Assembly: GCA_009693705.1 (NCBI GenBank)
Contig: SHWS01000001.1
Span: 4,067 to 68,066 of the forward strand
Direction of reading: 5' to 3'
Origin: Pelagibacteraceae bacterium
GTDB lineage: Bacteria; Pseudomonadota; Alphaproteobacteria; Pelagibacterales; Pelagibacteraceae
DNA length: 64,000 nucleotides
In this document: positions 1 to 9,225 of the stretch, piece after piece
How the letters are laid out: every line of letters starts with the position of its first letter
How positions within the stretch are numbered: position 1 is the first letter of the stretch
The notes under the pieces: generated by a model
Databases searched by the model: none
What the model was told of the DNA's origin: nothing
The model's input: only the letters and a program-made list of their open reading frames with translations
Position numbers and translations under genes: made by a program

Positions 1-17
1 AAGAAATTGTAAGAATA

Positions 18-515
18 TTATGAATTAATTTTTTTTAATTCTTCTTTAGTCTCATCTAAATTTTTTTGAAAAAGACCATCTAATTTTGAAGAACCTATTG
101 ATGTTGAAATAATTTTTTTAGCAGCATCTATAGCAATTTTGATTGAAGCATCTCTAATATCTTTAATAGCCGCTTCTTTCATTTGAATAATTTTATTTTT
201 TACAAGATTTTTTTTTATTTCTGATGACTTATGAAATTTATCATTTAATTCAATTATTAATTGGTCGCTATCTTTTTTTGCTTGCTCAATAATATCGTTG
301 CTAATTCTTTCAGCACCGTCTAATTTTTTTTGTGCGTTATCAAGTAGCATTTTTGCTTCATTCCTTAATCTCTCGCTTTCATCAATTTCATTTTTTAAGT
401 CAGAAATTAACTTATTCAATAAATCATTAATTTTTAGTGGTATCTTTAAATATATTAATAACCCAAAAAAGATTACAAATGAAACTGCTACCCAAAACGT
501 TGCATTAATTGCCAT
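18..515 (-). CDS. atpF: F0F1 ATP synthase subunit b
   Basis: N-terminal TM helix (ATFWVAVSFVIFFGLL) followed by a charged coiled coil; last gene of the atpI-B-E-b'-b cluster. Start refined to the ATG at 515 (MAINATFW); ORF track starts at 551. Confidence 0.92.
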   Translation of the reverse strand: MAINATFWVAVSFVIFFGLLIYLKIPLKINDLLNKLISDLKNEIDESERLRNEAKMLLDNAQKKLDGAERISNDIIEQAKKDSDQLIIELNDKFHKSSEIKKNLVKNKIIQMKEAAIKDIRDASIKIAIDAAKKIISTSIGSSKLDGLFQKNLDETKEELKKINS

Positions 516-1095
516 AATATTTATCTCTACCCCTTCTTGATAGATCGTCAACTATCGCGGATACACTGCTATTATTAACTTCAGTGCCTGTTAGTTTTTG
601 AATTAATTGAAAAGATATTTCACTAGCAATTATATTTATCTTTTCTGGAGCACTTTCTATTAAATTTTCGATTTCTTTTTCAACTATTTTAATTTCTTCA
701 TCTATCTGACTCTCCAATAGTTCTTTTTTGATATTTATATCTTTTAATGCTTTTTCTCTTGCTTGATTAAGGATTGTTTTAGAATCAAGTTTGCTTTTGG
801 AGATAATCTCATTGTATACCAATAGTTTTGCTTCACTATCTTCTTTTTGTTTCTCTGCTGCCTCAATATTTTCTAATATTTTAGATTTTCGTTTCTCTAA
901 ATTTGTGTTTATTTTTGGCAATATAAGTTTTGACAAAACTCCATATAATAAACCAAATGTAAGTGTTAACCAAAATATTTGTGAAATCCAAAATTCAGTA
1001 TTTAATTGAGGCATTCCGCTTTTTTCGACTGCAAAAGCTTCCTTCATTAGGAAGCTAAAAAATATTAACTGAAAAAATATTTTTTTAATCATCAA
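505..1095 (-). CDS. atpF2: F0F1 ATP synthase subunit b'
   Basis: MPQL...SQIFWL motif typical of alphaproteobacterial b'; lies between atpE and atpF. Confidence 0.92.
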   Translation of the reverse strand: MMIKKIFFQLIFFSFLMKEAFAVEKSGMPQLNTEFWISQIFWLTLTFGLLYGVLSKLILPKINTNLEKRKSKILENIEAAEKQKEDSEAKLLVYNEIISKSKLDSKTILNQAREKALKDINIKKELLESQIDEEIKIVEKEIENLIESAPEKINIIASEISFQLIQKLTGTEVNNSSVSAIVDDLSRRGRDKYYGN

Positions 1096-1097
1096 AT

Positions 1098-1325
1098 CTA
1101 AAATGCAAATAGAATGATTAATGCAACTACTAATCCAAATAGTCCTGTAGCTTCAGCGAGTGCAAATCCTAAAAGTAAATTAGGAAATTGTTTTTGTGCT
1201 GCTGAGGGATTTCTCATTGCTCCTGACAAATAATTTCCAAAAATTATTCCAATTCCAACTCCAGCACCAGCTAAAGCTATTGCCGCAAGACCAGCTCCTA
1301 TCATTTTTGCTGCTTCTAATTCCAT
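1098..1325 (-). CDS. atpE: F0F1 ATP synthase subunit c
   Basis: 75 aa, GAGLAAIALAGAGVGIG glycine motif, RNP loop, proton-binding Glu in FALAEA. Confidence 0.98.
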   Translation of the reverse strand: MELEAAKMIGAGLAAIALAGAGVGIGIIFGNYLSGAMRNPSAAQKQFPNLLLGFALAEATGLFGLVVALIILFAF

Positions 1326-1330
1326 TATAT

Positions 1331-1337
1331 CCTCCTT
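1331..1337 (-). promoter_or_regulatory. Strong Shine-Dalgarno (AAGGAGG) of atpE
   Basis: Plus strand cctcctt at 1331-1337, ending 5 nt before the atpE ATG; most genes in the window lack such a site. Confidence 0.8.
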
Positions 1338-1345
1338 ATGTTAAT

Positions 1346-2080
1346 TTAATGGTGTAAGTTTAATGCATCATTTAAATAGATGCAGGTTAAGATTGCAAAA
1401 ACATATGCCTGAAGAAAAGCAACTAAGATCTCCAAGCCAGTTAAAGCAACCGAAAAACTCAGTGGCAACCATCCACCGACTATTCCAAGACTTATTACAA
1501 AGCCTCCGAAAACTTTCATCATGGTATGACCTGCCATCATATTAGCAAATAATCTAACTGATAAACTTATAGGTCGACTTAAGTATGAAATAATTTCAAT
1601 AACGATTATTAATGGCAAAAGGATAATTGGTACTCCGCTAGGTACAAATAATTTTAGATATCCAACTCCATGTTTAATAAAACCAATTATCGTTACACCA
1701 ATAAAAATAAAAGCCGCTAATACAAATGTTACTATTATGTGACTAGTAACTGTAAATGCATAGGGTATCATACCGAACATATTGCAAAATAGCACAAACA
1801 TAAAAAGTGAAAAAATTAAAGAAAAATAAGGTTTTGCTTTTGATCCTGCGGTATCGTTAATCATTTTTGAAACAAACGTGTAGCTTAGTTCAGCTAAAAG
1901 TTGAACTTTATTTGGTAATAATGAATTTTTTTTTGAACCGAAGAAAAAAATTATTAAAATTGCCATTGAACTTATAACCATAAATAAACTTGCATTTGTA
2001 AAAGAAATATCAAAAGTGCCTAATTTGATTTCTGGTCCAATTCGATAAACTTCGAATTGTGTCATTGGATTTGCAGCCAT
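1346..2080 (-). CDS. atpB: F0F1 ATP synthase subunit a
   Basis: SRPISLSVRLFANM with the conserved Arg; LQAYVF motif. Confidence 0.98.
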   Translation of the reverse strand: MAANPMTQFEVYRIGPEIKLGTFDISFTNASLFMVISSMAILIIFFFGSKKNSLLPNKVQLLAELSYTFVSKMINDTAGSKAKPYFSLIFSLFMFVLFCNMFGMIPYAFTVTSHIIVTFVLAAFIFIGVTIIGFIKHGVGYLKLFVPSGVPIILLPLIIVIEIISYLSRPISLSVRLFANMMAGHTMMKVFGGFVISLGIVGGWLPLSFSVALTGLEILVAFLQAYVFAILTCIYLNDALNLHH

Positions 2081-2089
2081 AAATTTTAT

Positions 2090-2365
2090 CTACCTTTGCA
2101 TATTTTTTGCAGATCTAATTACATTCATTATTCCAGTAACCACACCTAAGAAAAAAAATATTAATATTAACCAAGGTTTAGTACCAAAGGTCTTGTCTAA
2201 AATAAACCCAATAATTGTCCCAACTACAACCGCCGAAACTAGTTCAGTGCTCAGTTTAAAAGCAGCACCAATTGATGAAGCATTCTCTGTTTCGTTGTAT
2301 AAATTTCTTTTAGTAAGTTTATTTTTTGCAATCTCTAGGCGATTTTTGAACTGATCTTTTGGCAT
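2090..2365 (-). CDS. atpI: ATP synthase protein I (AtpZ/AtpI family)
   Basis: ELVSAVVVGTIIGFILD...TKPW pattern with two TM helices; directly upstream of atpB. Confidence 0.88.
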   Translation of the reverse strand: MPKDQFKNRLEIAKNKLTKRNLYNETENASSIGAAFKLSTELVSAVVVGTIIGFILDKTFGTKPWLILIFFFLGVVTGIMNVIRSAKNMQR

Positions 2366-2374
2366 TTGTATAGT

Positions 2375-4948
2375 TTAAGCAACCATACTCTCTGCTTTTT
2401 GTAAATCAACTGCAACAAGCTGACTAATTCCTTTTTCTGGCATAGTTACCCCGTAAAGCCTATTCATTTTAGACATGGTTAATGCATGATGAGTTACAAT
2501 GATAAATTTTGTATTAGTAATTTTTATTAGCTCTTCAAGTAAGCCGCAAAATCTTGTTACATTAGCATCATCAAGTGGAGCATCAACTTCATCTAATACA
2601 CATATTGGCGATGGGTTAGTAAGAAAAACTGCAAAAATTAAAGATAGGGCAGTAAGCGCTTGTTCTCCACCAGACAGTAATGTTATCGATTGAAGTCTTT
2701 TTCCAGGAGGACTAACTAGCATCTCCAAACCGGCTTCTAGTGGGTCTTCAGAGTCTACCAATTCTAGTTTAGCAGTACCTCCATTAAATAATTTTGTGTA
2801 AACCTCATTAAATTTTCTATTAACTTTTTCAAAAGAGTCAATTAATCTTTGTCTTCCCTTTTGGTTAAGTTCACCGATGCTATCTTTTAGTTTGGCTATT
2901 GCAGATACTAAATCAGATCTATCTTGTTCCATTTTTTTAATCTCAATTTCAAATTTACTTGTTTCTTCATCTGCTCTTAAATTAACTGAACCTAATTTTT
3001 CTCGCTCTTGCTTCTTTTTATCTAATAAATCTTCTTGATCAACAGCATTAGGTAGATCACGTACATTATAAAGATTAGAGTTTTCTAAAACATTTTGTTC
3101 AGATAAGTCTAATTCAGAATTTATTCTATCAAGTAAGTCTTTTTTACGATTTTTTAATCCATCAATTGTTGCACCAGAACTAGCTTTTCTCTCTCTAATT
3201 TGAATAGATTGTTCTTGAATTTGATTGAGTTGACTTCTTAAGATTTCAATTTTTTTGTCAGTTTCAAAGATGATTGCTTTATTTTCAATTTTTTCTTTTT
3301 CAGAAACTCTCAAACTTTCAGATATTTGTCCTTTTCTTTCAGCTTGTAAAGTTGGTTGATTGTCTAATTTTTTAAATTGAGAGACTAATTTAGTTTTTCT
3401 ATCTGTTAATTCAACGACCATTTTTTCAGAATTTGATAATAAATTTATCCAACTTTCAATTTCTATTTTGATAGTTTTTATTCTTTGATTTCGTTTTATT
3501 GACTCATTTTTTATTGATTGATTTTTACTATAGGCATCAGCATATTTTTCTTGAAGAAGTTTTATATTATGAGATTTCTCGTTAACACTTAATAGTTCAT
3601 CTCTACTTTTTTCATTTTTTAAATCATTCAAATAATTATCAAGTTCTATGATACATCTGTCTAACAAAGTACATGCTTGATTAATTTCATTAGCATCAAT
3701 TAACTCTTTTGCTAGATTAATTGTGTTTTTTACATTCTTGATTGGTCCAATACTTATATTTAGTGCTCCATTAGCAATATTTGCCACAACATCGGCAACT
3801 AATTTTTGCTCATCCTGCAAAATTCTTTTAGCTTCATATAAACTCTCATTAGACAACTTTTCTGTTTCAAAATATTTAGAATCTATTTCGATAAGATCAC
3901 TTTTTTCTTCTTTGAGTCTTTTTTCATTAGAGTTTGCATCAATAATTATGCCTTTTTCTCTATTAATATCCTCATTTAATGTTTGGATTGAATTATTTAT
4001 GCTTTCAATTTCGTCTTGGATTCTTGTGTTTTCCTCATCTAAACTTTGAAGTTCTAAGTTGAGTCTTTGAATTTTCGATAAAATTTCAATATTTTTTTCT
4101 CTTAGTGGAGATGCTTTTTCTATTTCAGATTTAATTAATTTTTCAGCTTCAAGTATTTGAGTATTAAATCTATTAACTTCACCTTCTGCTTCATTGTTAA
4201 TTTGATTTTCAATTCTTATTTCATTATCAATTTCTATTAACTTTAAATAATAGAGACCTGCTTCAATTTTTTTAATTTCTTGGGAAATTAACTTATATTT
4301 TGTTGCCTCCTCAGCTTGTTTTTGAAGATTGGCCAGTTGCTTTTCTTGTTGTCGTCTTAATTCGTCTGCTCTTTTTAAATTATTTTCAGCAGCTCCTAGT
4401 CTTAATTCCGCTTCATGTCTTCTAACGTGAAGTCCTGAAATTCCCGCAGCCTCTTCTAAAATTGCTCTTCTATCAGTTGGCTTTGCGGTTACTAAAGCAC
4501 CAATACGTCCTTGGCTAATCATGGAAGGTGAGTGAGCGCCTGTTGATAAATCTGCAAAAAACATTTGTGCATCTCTTGCTCTCACTTCTTTTTCATTTAT
4601 ATAAAACTTTGAACCTTTATCTTTTTCAATTTTTCTTCTTACATGAATTTCATGCAGGTCACGATATTGAATCGGCCCTTCTTTATTTTGATTTGCAACT
4701 GTTACTGAAACTTCTGCTATATTTTTAGATGGTTTATTAGACGTTCCAGAAAATATTACATCTTCCATCCCAGAGCCACGCATGCTCTTTGCTGATGTTT
4801 CTCCCATTACCCATCTTAAAGATTCTACAATATTTGATTTACCACAACCATTAGGACCAACTATACCGGTTAAACCATCTTCAATTAAGAAATTTGTTTT
4901 TTCAGCAAAAGACTTAAATCCATTAAGTTGGATTTTTTTAAACTCCAT
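2375..4948 (-). CDS. smc: Chromosome segregation protein SMC (short, no recognisable hinge)
   Basis: GFKSF, Walker A GPNGCGKSN, signature LSGGE, Walker B/D-loop VLDEVDAPLD, long heptad-rich arms; only 857 aa. Confidence 0.95.
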   Translation of the reverse strand: MEFKKIQLNGFKSFAEKTNFLIEDGLTGIVGPNGCGKSNIVESLRWVMGETSAKSMRGSGMEDVIFSGTSNKPSKNIAEVSVTVANQNKEGPIQYRDLHEIHVRRKIEKDKGSKFYINEKEVRARDAQMFFADLSTGAHSPSMISQGRIGALVTAKPTDRRAILEEAAGISGLHVRRHEAELRLGAAENNLKRADELRRQQEKQLANLQKQAEEATKYKLISQEIKKIEAGLYYLKLIEIDNEIRIENQINNEAEGEVNRFNTQILEAEKLIKSEIEKASPLREKNIEILSKIQRLNLELQSLDEENTRIQDEIESINNSIQTLNEDINREKGIIIDANSNEKRLKEEKSDLIEIDSKYFETEKLSNESLYEAKRILQDEQKLVADVVANIANGALNISIGPIKNVKNTINLAKELIDANEINQACTLLDRCIIELDNYLNDLKNEKSRDELLSVNEKSHNIKLLQEKYADAYSKNQSIKNESIKRNQRIKTIKIEIESWINLLSNSEKMVVELTDRKTKLVSQFKKLDNQPTLQAERKGQISESLRVSEKEKIENKAIIFETDKKIEILRSQLNQIQEQSIQIRERKASSGATIDGLKNRKKDLLDRINSELDLSEQNVLENSNLYNVRDLPNAVDQEDLLDKKKQEREKLGSVNLRADEETSKFEIEIKKMEQDRSDLVSAIAKLKDSIGELNQKGRQRLIDSFEKVNRKFNEVYTKLFNGGTAKLELVDSEDPLEAGLEMLVSPPGKRLQSITLLSGGEQALTALSLIFAVFLTNPSPICVLDEVDAPLDDANVTRFCGLLEELIKITNTKFIIVTHHALTMSKMNRLYGVTMPEKGISQLVAVDLQKAESMVA

Positions 4949-4956
4949 GCGTTAAC

Positions 4957-5544
4957 TTATATCAGTTTTTCAAGAGCTTTTTTTAAATTCTTATAATCTA
5001 GGGTTTTTTCAAACTTTTCATTATTAATTATTATCGTGGGAGTAGCATTTACCTTAAAATTTTTAACACCATCGATTCGATCATTTAATATAAAATCCTC
5101 AATTTCACTGTTATTAATGCATTTTTCAAAATCTACCTCAAAACCCTCGCTATTTACAAAGTCCTGAAGATTTTTATTTGCTTCTTCAATGGTACTTCCT
5201 TTAATCCATTTTTGTTGGTTAGCATAAAGACTCATTAGAATGTTTGAATTACCATCATTTTTACATTGTGAAATTTTTGCAGCATTTAATGCCGTTATAT
5301 CTAAAGGAAAGTGCCTGAATTCGATTTTTGCTAAACCCGTATCAAGATATTCTTTTTTAAGTTCCGGATAAACATTCTTATGAAAGTTTGCACAATGACT
5401 GCAAGTTAAAGACTCGTATGCAAGAATAGTTATTTTGGCATCTTCATTTCCTACAAAAATTCTTTTTATCAAAGAAGATGTTTCTGCTCCAGCATTTGAA
5501 AATAAGCCTAAAATAATAATTATTAATAATAAAGTTTTTTTCAT
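4957..5544 (-). CDS. DsbA-family thiol:disulfide oxidoreductase
   Basis: Signal peptide, CSHC active site, FRHFPLD and cis-Pro ATPT motifs. Confidence 0.88.
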   Translation of the reverse strand: MKKTLLLIIIILGLFSNAGAETSSLIKRIFVGNEDAKITILAYESLTCSHCANFHKNVYPELKKEYLDTGLAKIEFRHFPLDITALNAAKISQCKNDGNSNILMSLYANQQKWIKGSTIEEANKNLQDFVNSEGFEVDFEKCINNSEIEDFILNDRIDGVKNFKVNATPTIIINNEKFEKTLDYKNLKKALEKLI

Positions 5545-6029
5545 CTTTTTTTAAAAACTTTTGCAAGTTCCATTAGTGATTTTTTTATTTTTTTATTTTT
5601 AACATTTTTTACTTTATCCTGATATTTATTAATTGTCACATTTTTATTAGATATGAGATTTTTTGATAAAAATTTTTCTTCATCATCAAAACTTATAAGC
5701 TTTAGTTTTTCAACAACAGAATAACCAAAAAAACTATTCATTTTATCTAAAACATTTTTTTTTGAATATTCCAAATCTATTTCATGCCCTCTTTGAACCA
5801 TTACTACTAATGTGCTCACGCCAAATCTATTAGAATTTTTAAATGTTTTTGGGTAACAGAATTTAAATAGCTCTGTTCCAACAATATACTTCCAATTATT
5901 GATTGTTTCAGAATATATGTGACCTTTTTTGTTTATAATTTTTTTAATGTTTTTAGGCAAAGTGTCTTTAAAAGATCTTAAACCTTGAATGGTGACATTT
6001 CTCTGCTTAATATTATTTTTAAAATGCAT
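5541..6029 (-). CDS. DUF721 / DciA-family protein (putative helicase loader)
   Basis: W..IVG.E motif and basic helical profile; occupies the usual alphaproteobacterial slot DUF721-DsbA-smc opposite mutY. Confidence 0.65.
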   Translation of the reverse strand: MHFKNNIKQRNVTIQGLRSFKDTLPKNIKKIINKKGHIYSETINNWKYIVGTELFKFCYPKTFKNSNRFGVSTLVVMVQRGHEIDLEYSKKNVLDKMNSFFGYSVVEKLKLISFDDEEKFLSKNLISNKNVTINKYQDKVKNVKNKKIKKSLMELAKVFKKR

Positions 6030-7010
6030 ATAAAAGATGTAACAATATCAAAAAAAATTCTCGATTGGTACGATTTTAATAAAAGAAAATTACCCTGGCG
6101 AAAAAAAACATCTTTTAAACAAAAGCAATATTTCACTTTAGTAAGTGAATTTATGCTACAGCAAACACAAGTCACAACAGTAGTTCCATATTTTAATAGA
6201 TTTATTAAAGATATTCCAACTTTAGAAAAACTTTCAAATACAAGTAACAGAAAACTCATAAAACTTTGGGAGGGACTGGGCTACTATTCAAGAGTAAGAA
6301 ATTTAAAAAAAGCTGCAAAAATTATTAAAAAAAAATTCAATAATAAATTACCTGATAATTTTTTTGAATTAAAATCTCTTCCAGGCATAGGTGATTATAC
6401 AGCAAATGCAATCTTGGCAATTGTCTTTAATATACCCGTAATTCCATTAGATGGAAATGTAGAGAGAGTTTTAAAAAGATACTTATATTTAAAAAAAAAA
6501 AACGAAATAGTGAAAGAGAGTCTTAATCAAAAAAAAAAAATATTTACCAAGTCAAATAGACCTGGTGATTACGCCCAGGCTCTAATGGAATTAGGAGCAA
6601 CAGTTTGTAAACCTTTAAATCCACTGTGTAATCAATGTCCAATTTTTAAAAATTGTAAATCATTTATTAGAAAAGACTTTAGCATGAGAAAAGCAATTAA
6701 AAGAAATATAAATAAATATTTCTTAATAAAAGTTTATAAACATAATAATAATTATTTACTTATTAAGAATACTGAATTTAATTTTCTAAAGAATTTAAAT
6801 ATTTTTCCAATGGATGAAATAGTTAATCAAAAAAATTTTAATTCGAATTTAAATTTTAAAATGTCTAATATGAATATGAATATTCAGTTTATATTCAAAA
6901 AATTCAATAAAAAGATTCCTTTTTCATATTGGATCGATCCTCAAAATATAAAAAAATATATTTTGCCTACTTTTACTAAAAAAATTATTAATTTTCTAGA
7001 ACACTATTAA
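6024..7010 (+). CDS. mutY: A/G-specific adenine glycosylase MutY
   Basis: VSEFMLQQTQV, WEGLGYYSR, HhH LPGIGDYTA, DGNVERV, Fe-S motif C-X6-C-X2-C-X5-C. Start refined to the ATG at 6024; ORF track starts at 5985. Confidence 0.95.
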   Translation: MHIKDVTISKKILDWYDFNKRKLPWRKKTSFKQKQYFTLVSEFMLQQTQVTTVVPYFNRFIKDIPTLEKLSNTSNRKLIKLWEGLGYYSRVRNLKKAAKIIKKKFNNKLPDNFFELKSLPGIGDYTANAILAIVFNIPVIPLDGNVERVLKRYLYLKKKNEIVKESLNQKKKIFTKSNRPGDYAQALMELGATVCKPLNPLCNQCPIFKNCKSFIRKDFSMRKAIKRNINKYFLIKVYKHNNNYLLIKNTEFNFLKNLNIFPMDEIVNQKNFNSNLNFKMSNMNMNIQFIFKKFNKKIPFSYWIDPQNIKKYILPTFTKKIINFLEHY

Positions 7011-8146
7011 TGAAAAAAATTGCAATTATTGGAGCAGGGATATCGGGTTTATTTTTTGCAAATTTATTTAAAGGAAATCCGAATTACCAAATAACAATTT
7101 ATGAAAAAAACAATTCATTAGATCTTGATGAGGGATATGGGATTCAATTGTCTGTTAATAGTATAAAACTTTTAAATAAAATTGGATTTGAAAATCTTAA
7201 CTCACAAGACAAATTTAATCCTAACAAGATTGATTTTTATTCGGTCAATCAAAATATGAAAATATGCGATTTAAATATTTCAGATTTTAATACCATAGAT
7301 TGTAAATATACTACTCTAAAAAGATCAATTTTGATTAATTATTTAAAAGAAAATTTAAATACTGAAATAATTAAATATGATCATAATATTTCACAAATAA
7401 ATTATACTAAGAATTTAATTAAATTAGTCTTTCAAAATAATATTTCAAGGGAATGTGATTTTTTAATTATATCGGACGGCATATTTTCAAAAGCCAAAAG
7501 ATTAATTACAAATAATCTTGTCAAACCATCATTTAATGGATCAGTTGCCATAAGAGGTGTAATTAATAAAAAGGATTTAACTGGTATAAATTTAGACAAC
7601 ATTTCCTTATTTTTAGGAAAAAATTTTCACAATGTTATTTATCCAGTGAATAAGACGGAAGATTTTAATTATATTGCAATTTTAAAACACTATTTAAAAT
7701 TTCAGGAACCTAAAAACTATGAATTTTTTAATGACGACTTTTCTATCAATAAATTTTTAGGAGGGTTACCCTACAATACCAAAATAAAAAAAATTAAATA
7801 TTATCCTGTTTTTATTAGTAAAAATTTTTATGAACCAGTTAAAAACAATCTTTTCTTAATAGGAGATGCTTTTTTTGCTGTTCCACCATCATTTGCTCAA
7901 GGTGCTTCCCAATCAATTGAAGGTGCTTTTGAATTATATGAAAGTATCAAAAATAATTCTTATAGTAATTTTCATATTAATAGAGTTAAAAAATTGAAAA
8001 TGATTAAAAATAGATCAAAAATAAATCAATTTGCTTTTCATTTATCAAGTCCGATTATGATATCCATGAGAAACTTTTTTTTAAAAATTCTAACAAAAAA
8101 TAAAAAATTTTTAGAAAATTATTTAGGAAAAGTTTATAGAAATTAA
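7010..8146 (+). CDS. Class A FAD-dependent monooxygenase (salicylate/aromatic hydroxylase-like); substrate unknown
   Basis: GAGISG Rossmann motif, SDG motif, IGDA...P..AQGA motif. Confidence 0.8.
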   Translation: MKKIAIIGAGISGLFFANLFKGNPNYQITIYEKNNSLDLDEGYGIQLSVNSIKLLNKIGFENLNSQDKFNPNKIDFYSVNQNMKICDLNISDFNTIDCKYTTLKRSILINYLKENLNTEIIKYDHNISQINYTKNLIKLVFQNNISRECDFLIISDGIFSKAKRLITNNLVKPSFNGSVAIRGVINKKDLTGINLDNISLFLGKNFHNVIYPVNKTEDFNYIAILKHYLKFQEPKNYEFFNDDFSINKFLGGLPYNTKIKKIKYYPVFISKNFYEPVKNNLFLIGDAFFAVPPSFAQGASQSIEGAFELYESIKNNSYSNFHINRVKKLKMIKNRSKINQFAFHLSSPIMISMRNFFLKILTKNKKFLENYLGKVYRN

Positions 8147-9213
8147 TTTTTTGAAATCAATCTTTGTCTTAAATTATCAATGGGTAAAAAATTTCCATTT
8201 AAATTATAGTGCCAATAAGTCCATCCGTTACAACTTTCAGCTCCCAAAATTATTGCTGCTACTTTATGAATAGATCCTTTTGCTTGATCATGCTTAATGC
8301 TACCATCTGCCATAATTTTTGCACTTATTTTCTTTTTATTATCAAAAATAGAAGTTCCTGGTTTAATTATTCCAAGCTCAACCAATGATCCAAATGGTAT
8401 TCTTGGTTTAGATCTATTATTTTCTAATGTGTCCAGATAATCATCTTCGATTGGTTTAGTAAATTTCAATCTTTGATCTGCTGCCTTAACGTAACTGATC
8501 TCTTTTTCAATTCCATAATAATTTCTTCCTAATTTTTTAGCAACAGCCGCTGTTGTTCCTGAACCTAAAAAGGGATCTAAAACAAAATCGTTTTTATTAG
8601 TGCTTGCCAATAATATTCTATGTAATAAAGATTCTGGCTTTTGAGTTGAGTGTATTTTTTTACCATTTTTTTTTAGTCTTTCTTGTCCACTGCAAATAGG
8701 TAAATTCCAGTTAGATCTCATTTGTAAATCGTCATTTAAACATTTTAAAGATTGATAGTTAAAAGTATATTTTGATTTGTCGGATTTTGAAGCCCAAATT
8801 AGGGTTTCATGGGCATTAGTAAAACGCCTACCTCTAAAATTTGGCATTGGATTATTTTTATTCCAAATAACATCATTTAAAATCCAAAATCCCAAATTTT
8901 GAATAGTCGTACCTACTCGAAAAATGTTATGATAGCTTCCTATAACCCATATAGCACCATCTTTTTTTAAAATTCTCTTACATTCACTTAACCACGAATA
9001 AGTAAATTCATCATATTGTTGAAAACTTTTAAATTGATCCCATTTATCGTTTACTGCATTTACTTTTGATCTATCTGGTCTGGTTAATTCTCCTTTTAAT
9101 TGTAAATTGTATGGAGGGTCTGCAAAAACTAAATCAAATGTATCGCTCGGAATTTTTTTTAATTCTTCCAGACTGTCGCCATTAATAATCTTATTTTTTA
9201 AATCACTTGTCAT
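8143..9213 (-). CDS. ccrM: Cell-cycle-regulated GANTC adenine methyltransferase CcrM
   Basis: [23 protein letters not shown] (beta-class N6-MTase) plus the CcrM C-terminal domain (RIPFGSLVE...GSIH...CNGWTYW); next to rnhB. Confidence 0.95.
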   Translation of the reverse strand: MTSDLKNKIINGDSLEELKKIPSDTFDLVFADPPYNLQLKGELTRPDRSKVNAVNDKWDQFKSFQQYDEFTYSWLSECKRILKKDGAIWVIGSYHNIFRVGTTIQNLGFWILNDVIWNKNNPMPNFRGRRFTNAHETLIWASKSDKSKYTFNYQSLKCLNDDLQMRSNWNLPICSGQERLKKNGKKIHSTQKPESLLHRILLASTNKNDFVLDPFLGSGTTAAVAKKLGRNYYGIEKEISYVKAADQRLKFTKPIEDDYLDTLENNRSKPRIPFGSLVELGIIKPGTSIFDNKKKISAKIMADGSIKHDQAKGSIHKVAAIILGAESCNGWTYWHYNLNGNFLPIDNLRQRLISKN

Positions 9214-9225
9214 TTATATAAAATA

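Noticed and set aside
8143-9213. DNA methyltransferase as part of a restriction-modification or defence system
   Set aside because: It has the CcrM-specific C-terminal domain and the rnhB context, and no nuclease partner; it is the orphan cell-cycle methylase.
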